DNA of 63,250 nucleotides, the filler included. It is 6 parts of 6 records of this genome, joined end to end, with 100 filler letters (N's around TTAATTAATTAA, not from the genome) between each part and the next. Parts side by side here need not be neighbours in the genome. Positions count along the whole stretch, not along the records: positions 37,052 to 49,796 come from SRR31156797_4136; positions 49,897 to 63,250 come from SRR31156797_4153; 4 more parts are not named here. One strand, 5' to 3'. Positions 49,740 through 59,052 of this stretch are shown piece after piece. The notes under the pieces are model-generated. The model worked only from the letters and a program-made list of their open reading frames with translations, was not told where the DNA came from and ran no database searches. Each line of letters starts with the position of its first letter. Within the stretch, counting starts at the first letter, position 1. A program made the translations under genes and the position numbers.

Positions 49740-49796
49740 GCCAACGTAGCTCAGTCGGTAGAGCAGCTGATTCGTAACCAGCAGGCCGTCGGTTCA
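49740..49796 (+). tRNA. tRNA-Thr(CGT), 3' truncated by contig end
   Basis: GCCAACG-TA-GCTCAGTCGGTAGAGC D-arm, anticodon loop TTCGTAA, start of the T-arm GTCGGTTCA. Confidence 0.88.
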
Positions 49797-49896
49797 NNNN
49801 NNNNNNNNNNNNNNNNNNNNNNNNNNNNNNNNNNNNNNNNTTAATTAATTAANNNNNNNNNNNNNNNNNNNNNNNNNNNNNNNNNNNNNNNNNNNN
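49797..49896. other. Artificial contig spacer
   Basis: N44-TTAATTAATTAA-N44. Confidence 0.99.
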
Positions 49897-50049
49897 GTAT
49901 GAAGCATTGCTTAAATCGGGCTGTTTTCGGTGAAGGTAGGCATGAATCCAGTAAGCAATAGAATGCCCCATGTCTTGAATGGCCTGGTGAGCTCCGTCCC
50001 AATCTCCCTGCTTGTCCAGTTCCAGTGCTTTTAAAAATTTATCTTTCAT
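49897..50049 (-). CDS. Small conserved hypothetical protein (3' truncated)
   Basis: GDWDGAH..Q...WIHAYLHRK..D.SNA.Y pattern. Confidence 0.7.
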
Positions 50050-50138
50050 TTCTGCCCTTTTTAGTAATCTTACGTTTAAAAGTTTTCTATGTTGCTTCGG
50101 CTTTGTATTGCATTGAAAAGTTGTTAGTGGAAACAGAA

Positions 50139-51470
50139 TTAACCAATTTGTTTTGATTCAGGCAAATTCCATTCTTCTACCATTTTAATTTCAAGTTGTT
50201 CCAGTTCGGAAAGTACCGGTTCGTAAATGGATTTTGTAACCGGAATGTGTACACCGGTATCTTTAATTTTTTCTTCCAAGATCAACTTTACTGCAATAGC
50301 CGCAGGAAGTGCAACCGTTCGGGCTATCGAAGTATCTTCATCTGTAGCAAAATCGAGCAGCCTCGACTGAACCACTTCTTTTTCGCCATTTGCATTTTCA
50401 TAAAGAAAAGAGTGAAGCAGAATTACCATATCCCGGGAACCCTCTGGCAGCATCATTTTATCCAGCATTAAATTTGTTGTTAAATCAAATGTCGTTCCCT
50501 CTTTTATTTGAATACGCTCTTTACTGAAAAGTCCAAGCCAGTCCATGGCAGCAATTGCCGGGCTGTTTAGTGTTATTCCAAGCCGTTCAGCTACTTTTTC
50601 TTTTACGTTGGCCGGGTAAACACCAATGTTTTCTGCAATAATCTCTTTGTATGTTTTTCCTTCAAATTTTCGTTTTTCGTACGAAACCATTCCCAGTGCT
50701 TTTATGGCATCCATACTTTCGCACCACTTCTGATATCTAAAAGTTCCGCGATACATGGTTTCGATGTTTGGTAAATTATATATATCGATATACGCCAGCG
50801 AATCGCGGTTTGGGTACACTTCCATTGTGCCAACTTCGGGGAATTCGATTTGTAATGGATTTTTAAAAAGGTTTTCTGTCGGGATATTTACAATCTTTTT
50901 GTTTTTCAGGAATTTTGCACCGTTATTTCCGGCAATTATTACTCCCTTTGGCGACCACGAGAATTTATATTTAAACGGATTGTCTGCTTCTTCAGGAGCT
51001 GCAAGTGCTCCGCAGAGTGAATAGAATTCTTTTATTTTTCCTCCATTATCCTGTATTTTATTGATAATCCGCATGGCTGTCATGTGATCAAATCCGGGAT
51101 CGACACCAATTTCATTTAGAACAATTGTTCCTGCCTTTTTTGCTTTTGCATCCAGCTTTTTCATTTCTTCCGAAACGTAAGAAGTGGTAACCATGTGTTT
51201 TTTGTTTTTTATACAAAGCTGGGCAACAGACACGTGGAGTGCAAATGGGAGGAGACTAACAGTGAGATCGTGAGTGGCAATTAATTTATCAAGAGCCTCT
51301 AAATCATCGGTAGTCCAGGAAACTGTTTTCCCGTTTTTCCTTCCCCGAATTAATTTATCTGCTTTTGCAACTGTTCGGCTTGCGATAGTAATATTATAGT
51401 TTTGATTAAGAAGATAATCGATTATTGGTTTGGCAACCATTCCGGCTCCTAATATAAGTACTTCCTTCAT
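50139..51470 (-). CDS. Saccharopine dehydrogenase (Lys9-like, glutamate-forming family)
   Basis: LGAGMV, SLLP, TTSY, NEIGVDPGFDHM, YKFSWSP, YPNRDS, RGTFRY, IARTVALP. Confidence 0.9.
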   Translation of the reverse strand: MKEVLILGAGMVAKPIIDYLLNQNYNITIASRTVAKADKLIRGRKNGKTVSWTTDDLEALDKLIATHDLTVSLLPFALHVSVAQLCIKNKKHMVTTSYVSEEMKKLDAKAKKAGTIVLNEIGVDPGFDHMTAMRIINKIQDNGGKIKEFYSLCGALAAPEEADNPFKYKFSWSPKGVIIAGNNGAKFLKNKKIVNIPTENLFKNPLQIEFPEVGTMEVYPNRDSLAYIDIYNLPNIETMYRGTFRYQKWCESMDAIKALGMVSYEKRKFEGKTYKEIIAENIGVYPANVKEKVAERLGITLNSPAIAAMDWLGLFSKERIQIKEGTTFDLTTNLMLDKMMLPEGSRDMVILLHSFLYENANGEKEVVQSRLLDFATDEDTSIARTVALPAAIAVKLILEEKIKDTGVHIPVTKSIYEPVLSELEQLEIKMVEEWNLPESKQIG

Positions 51471-51917
51471 TTCTGAACTTTTAATTGTTTAATTTATAAA
51501 CAGAAAAAATATGAAGAATGTTCTTTTTTCTGTATTCGTTTTATATCTGCTTAAAGTTGGTGAATTTTTTTTTAACAAAAGATGATCTTTTAAATTAAAA
51601 AAATACACACAAAAGTCATAGTTAGAAAAGAGAAATATTTCTATTTTGGATTCATGATACAATCGTATTTATGTCCGGTTTTTTTTTATCAGGGTATGCC
51701 TGAATGCCTTGACGAAGATACGGTTTCACATTAGCTGTTACCTCAGCTTTTCTATTCCAGCCACTCTTATTGGCGAATACATCTTTTTTAAATCATTTTT
51801 TGCTTTTTGATCGTAATGTCAGTAAGGGAATGTCTAAATGAATTATGCCAATTGGGCTAATGTTCTGTTGTTGGATTTTTTTGATATCACTGTATACTTT
51901 TTAAATAAGAAATTAAC

Positions 51918-53483
51918 ATGAAGAGTAAGATTGATCATATCGATATTGTTGAACTGATGCATTCATATGATTTTGATCCGGAAACTATTGATACCATTCA
52001 AACCGAAAAATTACTTCCCCCGGCATTAATAAACCGCCTTCATAAAGCATTTCCCCAATATTCAGGTTTTACAAGAAAAGGCAATGCTTTGTTTAATGGA
52101 AATACACATTATACAGGTATAAATGGTTTTAGGAAGATTATTGAAATTCTTAAAGAGAAGGGGATTATTATAAAAGATGTAAGAGAGCGGGAGTTCTTTA
52201 TCGAGGTTTACCGGTTTATGGCTACTAAACACATATTAAATAGCATCGATTGGGAAAACTTTGAAAAGGATCCAATTTATCATCTTATTTTTCCTCAACC
52301 TGACATGATAAATAAAGCGGATGTTCAACAATACCTTAAAGCACCGAATAAACAGGAACGGGAAAAAGCAGTAGAGGCTTATCGGTATAAAACCAATCCA
52401 CACGATGGAAAACAAAAACTGAATAAACCATTCTTTATAAATAACAAAGGTAAACTGGAGATTTTGGAAGGTAGCCAACATAAATATCCACCCATCAAAT
52501 TAATTCTCGATAGTGGTACGCAAAATTGTTTTGCTTTTTGCACTTATTGTTTCAGACATGCTCAGGTGCGGGGCGATGAGGATATGTTTGTTCAGCGCGA
52601 TATAAAGCAGGTTCATAATTACCTGAAGAATCATAAAGAAATAAGTGATATTCTTATTACCGGAGGAGATGGGGGATACATATCGTATGAACGATTAAAA
52701 GAATATGTCACTCCGTTGATGGATGATAAGGAATTGCTTCATATTCGAACTGTACGCATCGGGTCAAGAGGTATTACTTTTCATCCTGAATATTTTTTGA
52801 ACAGCAAATTCAAAAAGATTTTAGAATTGCTTAAAAATGTTGTGGATTGTGGTATTCAGGTGGTTTGGATGTCGCACTTTTCTACACCCCGTGAGTTGAT
52901 GAATCCCGGTGCAGTGGCAGCCATAAGACGATTGAAAAATTACGGACTTACTTTGAAAAGCCAGAGTCCGATTATGAACAGGATTAGCCTCTATAAAAAT
53001 GAAATGGGGAAAGTTGATGTCGATCTCTCGGCGCAAAACTGGATTGATTTGGGCAATGTACTGGCAATGCTTGGTGTAGGTTTCCATTCCATGTATTGCG
53101 CAAGACCTACCGGAGAACATCATTATTTTACTGCTCCGCTGGCCGATATTGTTAAAATCCATAATAAGGTTTTTCGTTCACTGGCATCAATTAACCGCCC
53201 CTCGAGGTATATAACAATGACTTCTTCGGCAGGGAAAACTTCATTGATGGGCACTATCGAAATAAATGGAGATAAAGTTTTTGTGCTGAAATTTAACGAG
53301 GCCAGAAATATGACCTGGATGGATCAGGTATATTTTGCAGAATATGATGAACATGAAACTGTTATTGAAAAATTAAAACCATACAAAGCCGGAAAATATT
53401 TTTATGAAGACGAACTGGCAGAGATAGAAAACAGGCTGGAAGAAGCTTTAAAAAAGGAAACTTTAAAAGCTGAATCAAGATGA
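51918..53483 (+). CDS. KamA-family radical SAM/PLP 2,3-aminomutase, substrate unknown
   Basis: QHKYP, CFAFCTYCFR, LITGGD, RIGSR, SHF..PREL, QSP; candidate PLP Lys in SSAGK. Confidence 0.88.
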   Translation: MKSKIDHIDIVELMHSYDFDPETIDTIQTEKLLPPALINRLHKAFPQYSGFTRKGNALFNGNTHYTGINGFRKIIEILKEKGIIIKDVREREFFIEVYRFMATKHILNSIDWENFEKDPIYHLIFPQPDMINKADVQQYLKAPNKQEREKAVEAYRYKTNPHDGKQKLNKPFFINNKGKLEILEGSQHKYPPIKLILDSGTQNCFAFCTYCFRHAQVRGDEDMFVQRDIKQVHNYLKNHKEISDILITGGDGGYISYERLKEYVTPLMDDKELLHIRTVRIGSRGITFHPEYFLNSKFKKILELLKNVVDCGIQVVWMSHFSTPRELMNPGAVAAIRRLKNYGLTLKSQSPIMNRISLYKNEMGKVDVDLSAQNWIDLGNVLAMLGVGFHSMYCARPTGEHHYFTAPLADIVKIHNKVFRSLASINRPSRYITMTSSAGKTSLMGTIEINGDKVFVLKFNEARNMTWMDQVYFAEYDEHETVIEKLKPYKAGKYFYEDELAEIENRLEEALKKETLKAESR

Positions 53484-54202
53484 TAAATAAGATAATAAAA
53501 TCGACAAAAGAGGCAGTTGAAGACATATTTGATGGGGCAACGATAATGATTTCAGGATTTGGTGAGGCTGGTAGTCCGGTTGAATTAATTCATGCATTGG
53601 TCGACCAGGGGGCAAAAAACCTGACAATTGTGAGCAATAACGCAGGTAGCGGGCATGTTGGGCTGGCAGCACTTATTGAAAACCGCCAGGTAAGCAAAAT
53701 AATTTGCTCCTTTCCGCGAACTGCCATTTCAGTCGTTTTTCCCAATTTGTATAAAAAAGGTGAAATTGAATTGGAATTGGTCCCACAAGGAACGCTGGCA
53801 GAAAGAATACGCGCAGCCGGAGCAGGTATCCCCGCATTTTATACACCTACTTCAGTAAATACCTTATTGGCTGAAGGGAAAGAACAACGCGAATTTAGAG
53901 GAATGAAATATGTTATGGAAAAAGCAATTTATGCCGATTTTGCTCTTGTTAAATGTGCAACTGCAGATGAATATGGAAATTTACTATATAACAAAACCGC
54001 TCGCAATTTTGGACCGGTAATGTGTATGGCAGCAAGAACCACAATTGTTCAGGCAAAAACAGTGGTTGATAAAGGGAAAATCAATCCTGAACATGTTGTT
54101 ACACCGGGCATTTTTGTACATAAGGTTGTTGAGGTTTCTAATCCCTCAAATGAGTCGAAGTTAGTAGCTGATAATATTAAATATCATGGTGTCAAATACT
54201 GA
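53480..54202 (+). CDS. pcaI: 3-oxoadipate CoA-transferase-like subunit A
   Basis: DGATIMISGFG.AG.P.ELI, SNNAG.G..GLAAL, IICSFPR, PQGTLAERIRA, ARNFGP; ATGA overlap with the upstream gene. Confidence 0.85.
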   Translation: MINKIIKSTKEAVEDIFDGATIMISGFGEAGSPVELIHALVDQGAKNLTIVSNNAGSGHVGLAALIENRQVSKIICSFPRTAISVVFPNLYKKGEIELELVPQGTLAERIRAAGAGIPAFYTPTSVNTLLAEGKEQREFRGMKYVMEKAIYADFALVKCATADEYGNLLYNKTARNFGPVMCMAARTTIVQAKTVVDKGKINPEHVVTPGIFVHKVVEVSNPSNESKLVADNIKYHGVKY

Positions 54203-54842
54203 AAAAATAGGGTGGAATATGGGTGAAATGGCACAAAAAGTGGCTCTGGATATTCCCGATGGTACTTATGTAAACTTAGGCATTGGTATTCCTGAAATAG
54301 TAGCTGATTACATTCCTGAAGGACGTGAAGTTATCTATCATACGGAGAATGGACTATTGGGAATGGGAAAAGTGGCTGAAAGTTGGAAACAGGATCCCGA
54401 ACTGGTAAATGCAGGTAAAAAATATGTAACTGCAATACCAGGAGCCGCTTACTTTCACCATGCCGACAGTTTTGCCATGATAAGAGGCGGCCATATTGAT
54501 ATCTGTGTTTTAGGTGCCTACCAGGTTTCGGAAGAAGGAGATTTGGCAAACTGGTCGACAGGAAATCCGGAAGATATTCCGGCAGTGGGGGGAGCAATGG
54601 ATTTGGTTGCCGGTGTAAAAACCATTTACGTAATTACAAAACATAGTACTAAAACCGGGAAGCCAAAAATCGTAAAATCCTGCACTTATCCTATAACAGG
54701 AAAAAATGTTGTTAGCCGAATTTATACAAATCTGGCAATAATTGATGTTAAGAGTAAAAGACTGGTTGTGTGGGAATTAGCGCCGGGCGTAACATTTGAA
54801 TTTCTTCAGCAAAGAACAGGGGCAAAATTGCATCAGGAATAA
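54186..54842 (+). CDS. pcaJ: 3-oxoadipate CoA-transferase-like subunit B
   Basis: YVNLGIGIP, HTENG (catalytic Glu), SFAMIRGGH, DLANW, PAVGGAMDL. Confidence 0.85.
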   Translation: MVSNTEKIGWNMGEMAQKVALDIPDGTYVNLGIGIPEIVADYIPEGREVIYHTENGLLGMGKVAESWKQDPELVNAGKKYVTAIPGAAYFHHADSFAMIRGGHIDICVLGAYQVSEEGDLANWSTGNPEDIPAVGGAMDLVAGVKTIYVITKHSTKTGKPKIVKSCTYPITGKNVVSRIYTNLAIIDVKSKRLVVWELAPGVTFEFLQQRTGAKLHQE

Positions 54843-54859
54843 AACCTTAAACTCATTTT

Positions 54860-56194
54860 ATGCCGCAAAAAAGTAATAGTGAAAAGCTTTATAAAAAGGC
54901 TCAGAAAGTAATTCCGGGAGGAGTGAGCAGGAATACGGTATTTAGAAAACCATTCCCAAACTATACGAATTCTGCATCAGGATGTTATATTACAGATGTT
55001 GAAGGAACGGTGAGGATCGATTTTGCGAATAACATGGCAGCATTAATTCATGGTCATTCCTTTCCTCCGGTAATCGATGCTGTAATAGAACAATTGAGAA
55101 AAGGAACAGCATACACCCTGGCCTCGGAAATTGAACTCAATTTTGCTAAAATGTTAATTGAAAGAGTACCGGGTTTCGAACGCATTCGTTTTATGAATTC
55201 GGGTACTGAAGCAGTAATGGCCATGATCAAAGCATCAAGGGCGTATACCGGAAAATCGAAAATTGCAAAAGCCGAAGGATCATATCATGGTACTTACGAT
55301 TTTGCAGAAGTAAGCCAGACTGCCGATCCTTCCAATTGGGGGGAAATAAATAATCCAATTAGCGTTCCGTTAGCGTTTGGAACACCTCCTTCGGTTTCAA
55401 AAGACGTTATTATTTATCCGTATAACAATATTGAAAATACGATATCCATTTTGAATAAGCAGGCCGATAAAATTGCTTGTGTGATTGTCGATCCTGTGCC
55501 GCACAGAGTTGGGTTGATGCCCGGGGAAAGTAATTTTATTGAAGCTGTTTATGATTGGACCAGAAAAAATGATGTCTTATTGGTTTTTGATGAGGTTATC
55601 ACTTTCAGGGTAAATTATGCCGGGGCACAACAAAACTACAATGTGAAACCAGATTTAACTTCGCTGGGAAAAATTATAGGAGGGGGTTTCCCTGTTGGTG
55701 CTGTTGCCGGACGCGAAGAAGTTATGCGTGTTTTTGATCCTCATGAAAAAAAATTGCTATTACCTCATTCCGGTACATTTTCTGCCAACCCAATAACCAT
55801 GACTGCAGGTTACCAGGCAATGAAACATTATAACTTAAAAACAGTAAAAAAAATAAATGCGCTGACAAAAGTTGCTGTAAATCAGATATATGAAGTTATA
55901 AGGCTGGTTGATGTTCCTGTTTCAATTTGTGGTGCCGGTTCAATGTTTAGGATACATTTGAAACCAACTCCTCCAACCGCCTACCGGGAAGCATATCAGG
56001 ATGTTGAGGCTAAAAAAGTAATAAGCAACTTACTTGATTTTATGTATTATAAAGAAAATATCCTCATGATTAATACTTTTTCATGCATGCTTTCGACTGT
56101 TATGACACAAAAGGAAATTGACCGACTATCAGAAGGATTATTTAACGCCTTTAGTGCATTAAAACCAATGATTAATAAATTAAACAAGGTGTAA
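54860..56194 (+). CDS. Class III PLP aminotransferase (GSA-aminomutase/beta-transaminase-like)
   Basis: IPGGVSR, HGH, RFMNSGTEA, GSYHG, FDEVITFR, GKIIGGGFP, HSGTFSANP. Confidence 0.9.
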   Translation: MPQKSNSEKLYKKAQKVIPGGVSRNTVFRKPFPNYTNSASGCYITDVEGTVRIDFANNMAALIHGHSFPPVIDAVIEQLRKGTAYTLASEIELNFAKMLIERVPGFERIRFMNSGTEAVMAMIKASRAYTGKSKIAKAEGSYHGTYDFAEVSQTADPSNWGEINNPISVPLAFGTPPSVSKDVIIYPYNNIENTISILNKQADKIACVIVDPVPHRVGLMPGESNFIEAVYDWTRKNDVLLVFDEVITFRVNYAGAQQNYNVKPDLTSLGKIIGGGFPVGAVAGREEVMRVFDPHEKKLLLPHSGTFSANPITMTAGYQAMKHYNLKTVKKINALTKVAVNQIYEVIRLVDVPVSICGAGSMFRIHLKPTPPTAYREAYQDVEAKKVISNLLDFMYYKENILMINTFSCMLSTVMTQKEIDRLSEGLFNAFSALKPMINKLNKV

Positions 56195-56196
56195 AT

Positions 56197-57399
56197 ATGA
56201 AAGAAGTTTTTATATGCGATGCTATTCGCACTCCGGTAGGAAAATATGGCGGCAGTTTGTCATCTGTTCGTGCAGACGATTTGGCGGCAATTCCGTTAAA
56301 AACTCTTCTTAAAAGAAATCCTGAAATCGATCCTGCTGAAATTGACGATGTTATTTTGGGATGTACTAATCAGGCTGGCGAAGATAATCGCAATATAGCC
56401 CGAATGGCTTTATTATTAGCTGGATTTCCTGAATCTGTGCCGGGAGTTACTGTGAATCGTCTATGTTCATCGGGAATGGAGGCGGTTGCAATTGCGGCAA
56501 GGGCTATTAAAGCAGGAGAAGCCGAACTAATCGTGGCTGGAGGAGCAGAAAGCATGTCAAGAGCACCAATGGTAATGTCAAAATCCACAAAAGCTTTTTC
56601 AAGAAATACAGAATTTTATGATTCAACCATTGGCTGGCGTTTTGTAAACAAGGAATTTCAAAGGCAGTTTGGAACCGACCCCCTAATAAAAACTGCAGAA
56701 AACCTGGCAGACGAATACAAAATAAGTCGTGAAGATCAGGATCGTTTTGCACACAATAGTCAACTTAAAACAGCTGAAGCACAAAAAAGTGGTAAGCTGT
56801 CAAAAGAAATTGTTCCGGTTTCTGTTTTCCAAAAAAAGTTTGAACCGGTTTTGATAGAAAAGGATGAACATCCCAGGCTTACTTCTCTGGAGAAGCTGGC
56901 ATCGTTAAAACCTGTACTGGGAGAAAGATGTACTGTAACAGCTGGAAATGCATCGGGAATTAACGATGGGGCTGCAGGAATGATAGTGGCTTCGGAGCGA
57001 GCTGTTAAAAAGTTTAATCTTATTCCCAAAGTCCGAATTCTTGGTGCTCAGGCCGCCGGAGTGCCTCCGCGTATAATGGGTATCGGGCCGGTTCCTGCAA
57101 CCAATAAATTATTAAAACGATTGGGAATGCGGTTAGAACAAATGGACATTATTGAATTGAACGAAGCTTTTGCAGCTCAATCATTGGCATGCATCCGTGA
57201 ATTTCGTCTTGATGATAATGATGAAAGGATAAATCCACTTGGTGGAGCAATCGCACTTGGGCATCCGCTTGGAATGTCGGGGGCAAGGCTGCTTACCACT
57301 GCTTTTTATCAGTTGCAAAATAGAAATGCAAAGTACGCACTTTGCACCATGTGCATTGGTGTGGGCCAGGGACTATCAATGGTCTTGGAAAAAGTATAG
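56197..57399 (+). CDS. pcaF: 3-oxoadipyl-CoA thiolase (PcaF/PaaJ type)
   Basis: [65 protein letters not shown]. Confidence 0.9.
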   Translation: MKEVFICDAIRTPVGKYGGSLSSVRADDLAAIPLKTLLKRNPEIDPAEIDDVILGCTNQAGEDNRNIARMALLLAGFPESVPGVTVNRLCSSGMEAVAIAARAIKAGEAELIVAGGAESMSRAPMVMSKSTKAFSRNTEFYDSTIGWRFVNKEFQRQFGTDPLIKTAENLADEYKISREDQDRFAHNSQLKTAEAQKSGKLSKEIVPVSVFQKKFEPVLIEKDEHPRLTSLEKLASLKPVLGERCTVTAGNASGINDGAAGMIVASERAVKKFNLIPKVRILGAQAAGVPPRIMGIGPVPATNKLLKRLGMRLEQMDIIELNEAFAAQSLACIREFRLDDNDERINPLGGAIALGHPLGMSGARLLTTAFYQLQNRNAKYALCTMCIGVGQGLSMVLEKV

Positions 57400-57447
57400 A
57401 TATAAAAATTTACAATTCAGATAAAATAACTTAAACATTACAATAAT

Positions 57448-58989
57448 ATGAAAACTGGAATTTCAAAAGATTTAAAATCACTGGGCATTAAAAATGTAAA
57501 TTATGGTGTATGTACCGGAACTTTATGGAAGGAAACAAAAGGAAATTTAGTAGAGTCGTTTTCACCCTCCGATGGAGAATTAATTGCAGGAGTGCACCAG
57601 GCAACTGCCTACGATTATCAGGAAGTAATTGAAACAGCCAAATCAGCTTTTAAAACATGGAGAATGATTCCTGCTCCAAAACGGGGAGAAATTGTTCGGC
57701 AAATTGGAAATGAATTACGAAAATTCAAAGAGCCACTGGGTAAACTGGTTTCATACGAAATGGGAAAGATACTACAGGAAGGATTGGGCGAAGTTCAGGA
57801 GATGATTGATATTTGCGATTTTGCAGTTGGGCAGTCGCGTCAACTGTACGGTTTTACTATGCACTCGGAACGCGAAAAGCACCGCATGTACGATCAATAC
57901 CATCCACTGGGAATTGTTGGCGTAGTATCGGCTTTTAATTTTCCGGTTGCTGTTTGGGCATGGAATGCCATGATTGCTTTGGTAGCCGGCGATGTTGTCG
58001 TTTGGAAACCTTCATCGAAAGTGTATTTATGTGCCGTGGCAGTGCATAAAATTGTTGCGAATGTTTTAAAGGATAATAATGTTCCCGAAGGCGTGCTTAA
58101 CCTCGTTGCTGCCGATTCAAAACAATTGGGCGATCTGCTTTTTAGCGATAAAAATATTCCGCTGGTATCTTTCACCGGATCAACCCGAATTGGAAAAAAA
58201 GTGGGGCGCCTGGTTGGAGAACGACTTGGGAAATCGATTCTTGAACTGGGAGGAAACAATGCTATAATTATTACACCAAATGCCGATTTGGAAATGGCAT
58301 TACGAGCTGTTGTATTTGGAGCCGTTGGCACTTGCGGACAACGTTGTACTTCTACACGAAGAATAATTGTTCACGATTCCGTGTATGATAAATTCAAAGA
58401 GAAATTATTATCGGCATACAAACAACTTCCTATTGGACATGCTCTCGATGCAAAAACATTGGTTGGTCCGCTGGTCGATAAATATGCAGTTCAGAATTAT
58501 CTCGATGCCATTGAAAAAGTAAAAAGTGAAGGTGGGAAAATTATTGTTGGAGGAGAAGTTTTATCAGGAAATGGATTTGAATCGGGATGTTTCGTAACCC
58601 CCTCAATTGCTGAAGTAGAAAATCATCATGAAATTGTTCAGGACGAAACTTTCGCTCCTTTACTTTATATGATAAAATATTCGGTTTTAGAGGAAGCAAT
58701 TCAATTGCATAACGATGTTCCTCAGGGATTATCTTCGGCAGTTTTTTCAACCAATATGCTGGAAACCGAGAAATTCCTCTCACACGAAGGTTCCGATTGC
58801 GGTATTGCCAATGTAAATATCGGAACTTCGGGAGCAGAAATTGGAGGTGCTTTTGGTGGTGAGAAAGAAACAGGTGGTGGCCGTGAATCGGGTTCCGATG
58901 CCTGGAAAGCATACATGCGACGACAAACAAATACAATAAATTACAGCACTGAATTGCCACTGGCGCAGGGAATTGAGTTTAAGGTTTAA
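57448..58989 (+). CDS. ALDH7-type 2-aminoadipate semialdehyde / P6C dehydrogenase
   Basis: PAPKRGEIVRQIG, GEVQEMIDICDFAVGQSRQLYG, SAFNFPVAVW, LELGGNNA, GQRCT, GGRESGSDAWK.YMRR, LPLAQGI.F. Confidence 0.92.
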   Translation: MKTGISKDLKSLGIKNVNYGVCTGTLWKETKGNLVESFSPSDGELIAGVHQATAYDYQEVIETAKSAFKTWRMIPAPKRGEIVRQIGNELRKFKEPLGKLVSYEMGKILQEGLGEVQEMIDICDFAVGQSRQLYGFTMHSEREKHRMYDQYHPLGIVGVVSAFNFPVAVWAWNAMIALVAGDVVVWKPSSKVYLCAVAVHKIVANVLKDNNVPEGVLNLVAADSKQLGDLLFSDKNIPLVSFTGSTRIGKKVGRLVGERLGKSILELGGNNAIIITPNADLEMALRAVVFGAVGTCGQRCTSTRRIIVHDSVYDKFKEKLLSAYKQLPIGHALDAKTLVGPLVDKYAVQNYLDAIEKVKSEGGKIIVGGEVLSGNGFESGCFVTPSIAEVENHHEIVQDETFAPLLYMIKYSVLEEAIQLHNDVPQGLSSAVFSTNMLETEKFLSHEGSDCGIANVNIGTSGAEIGGAFGGEKETGGGRESGSDAWKAYMRRQTNTINYSTELPLAQGIEFKV

Positions 58990-59052
58990 AGCCCAAAGCT
59001 CCAAGCCCAAAGCTAAACGTAAAAAAGTTCAATTTGGTAATTATTTTTTAGT

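Noticed and set aside
51471-51917. Lysine riboswitch or Lys-rich leader peptide upstream of the catabolic operon
   Set aside because: No lysine riboswitch consensus (AGAGGYGC ... GCCGAA ... CTGYC) seen on either strand and no convincing leader ORF; a covariance search is needed to exclude it fully.
51918-57399. Classical lysine fermentation (kamA-kamDE-kdd-kce-kal-atoDA) or aromatic degradation
   Set aside because: None of the partner genes for either pathway is visible here; the CoA-transferase and thiolase are PcaIJ/PcaF-like and sit with saccharopine-pathway genes.
58989-59016. Short tandem repeat AAGCCCAAAGCT x2
   Set aside because: Only two short units; no function can be supported.
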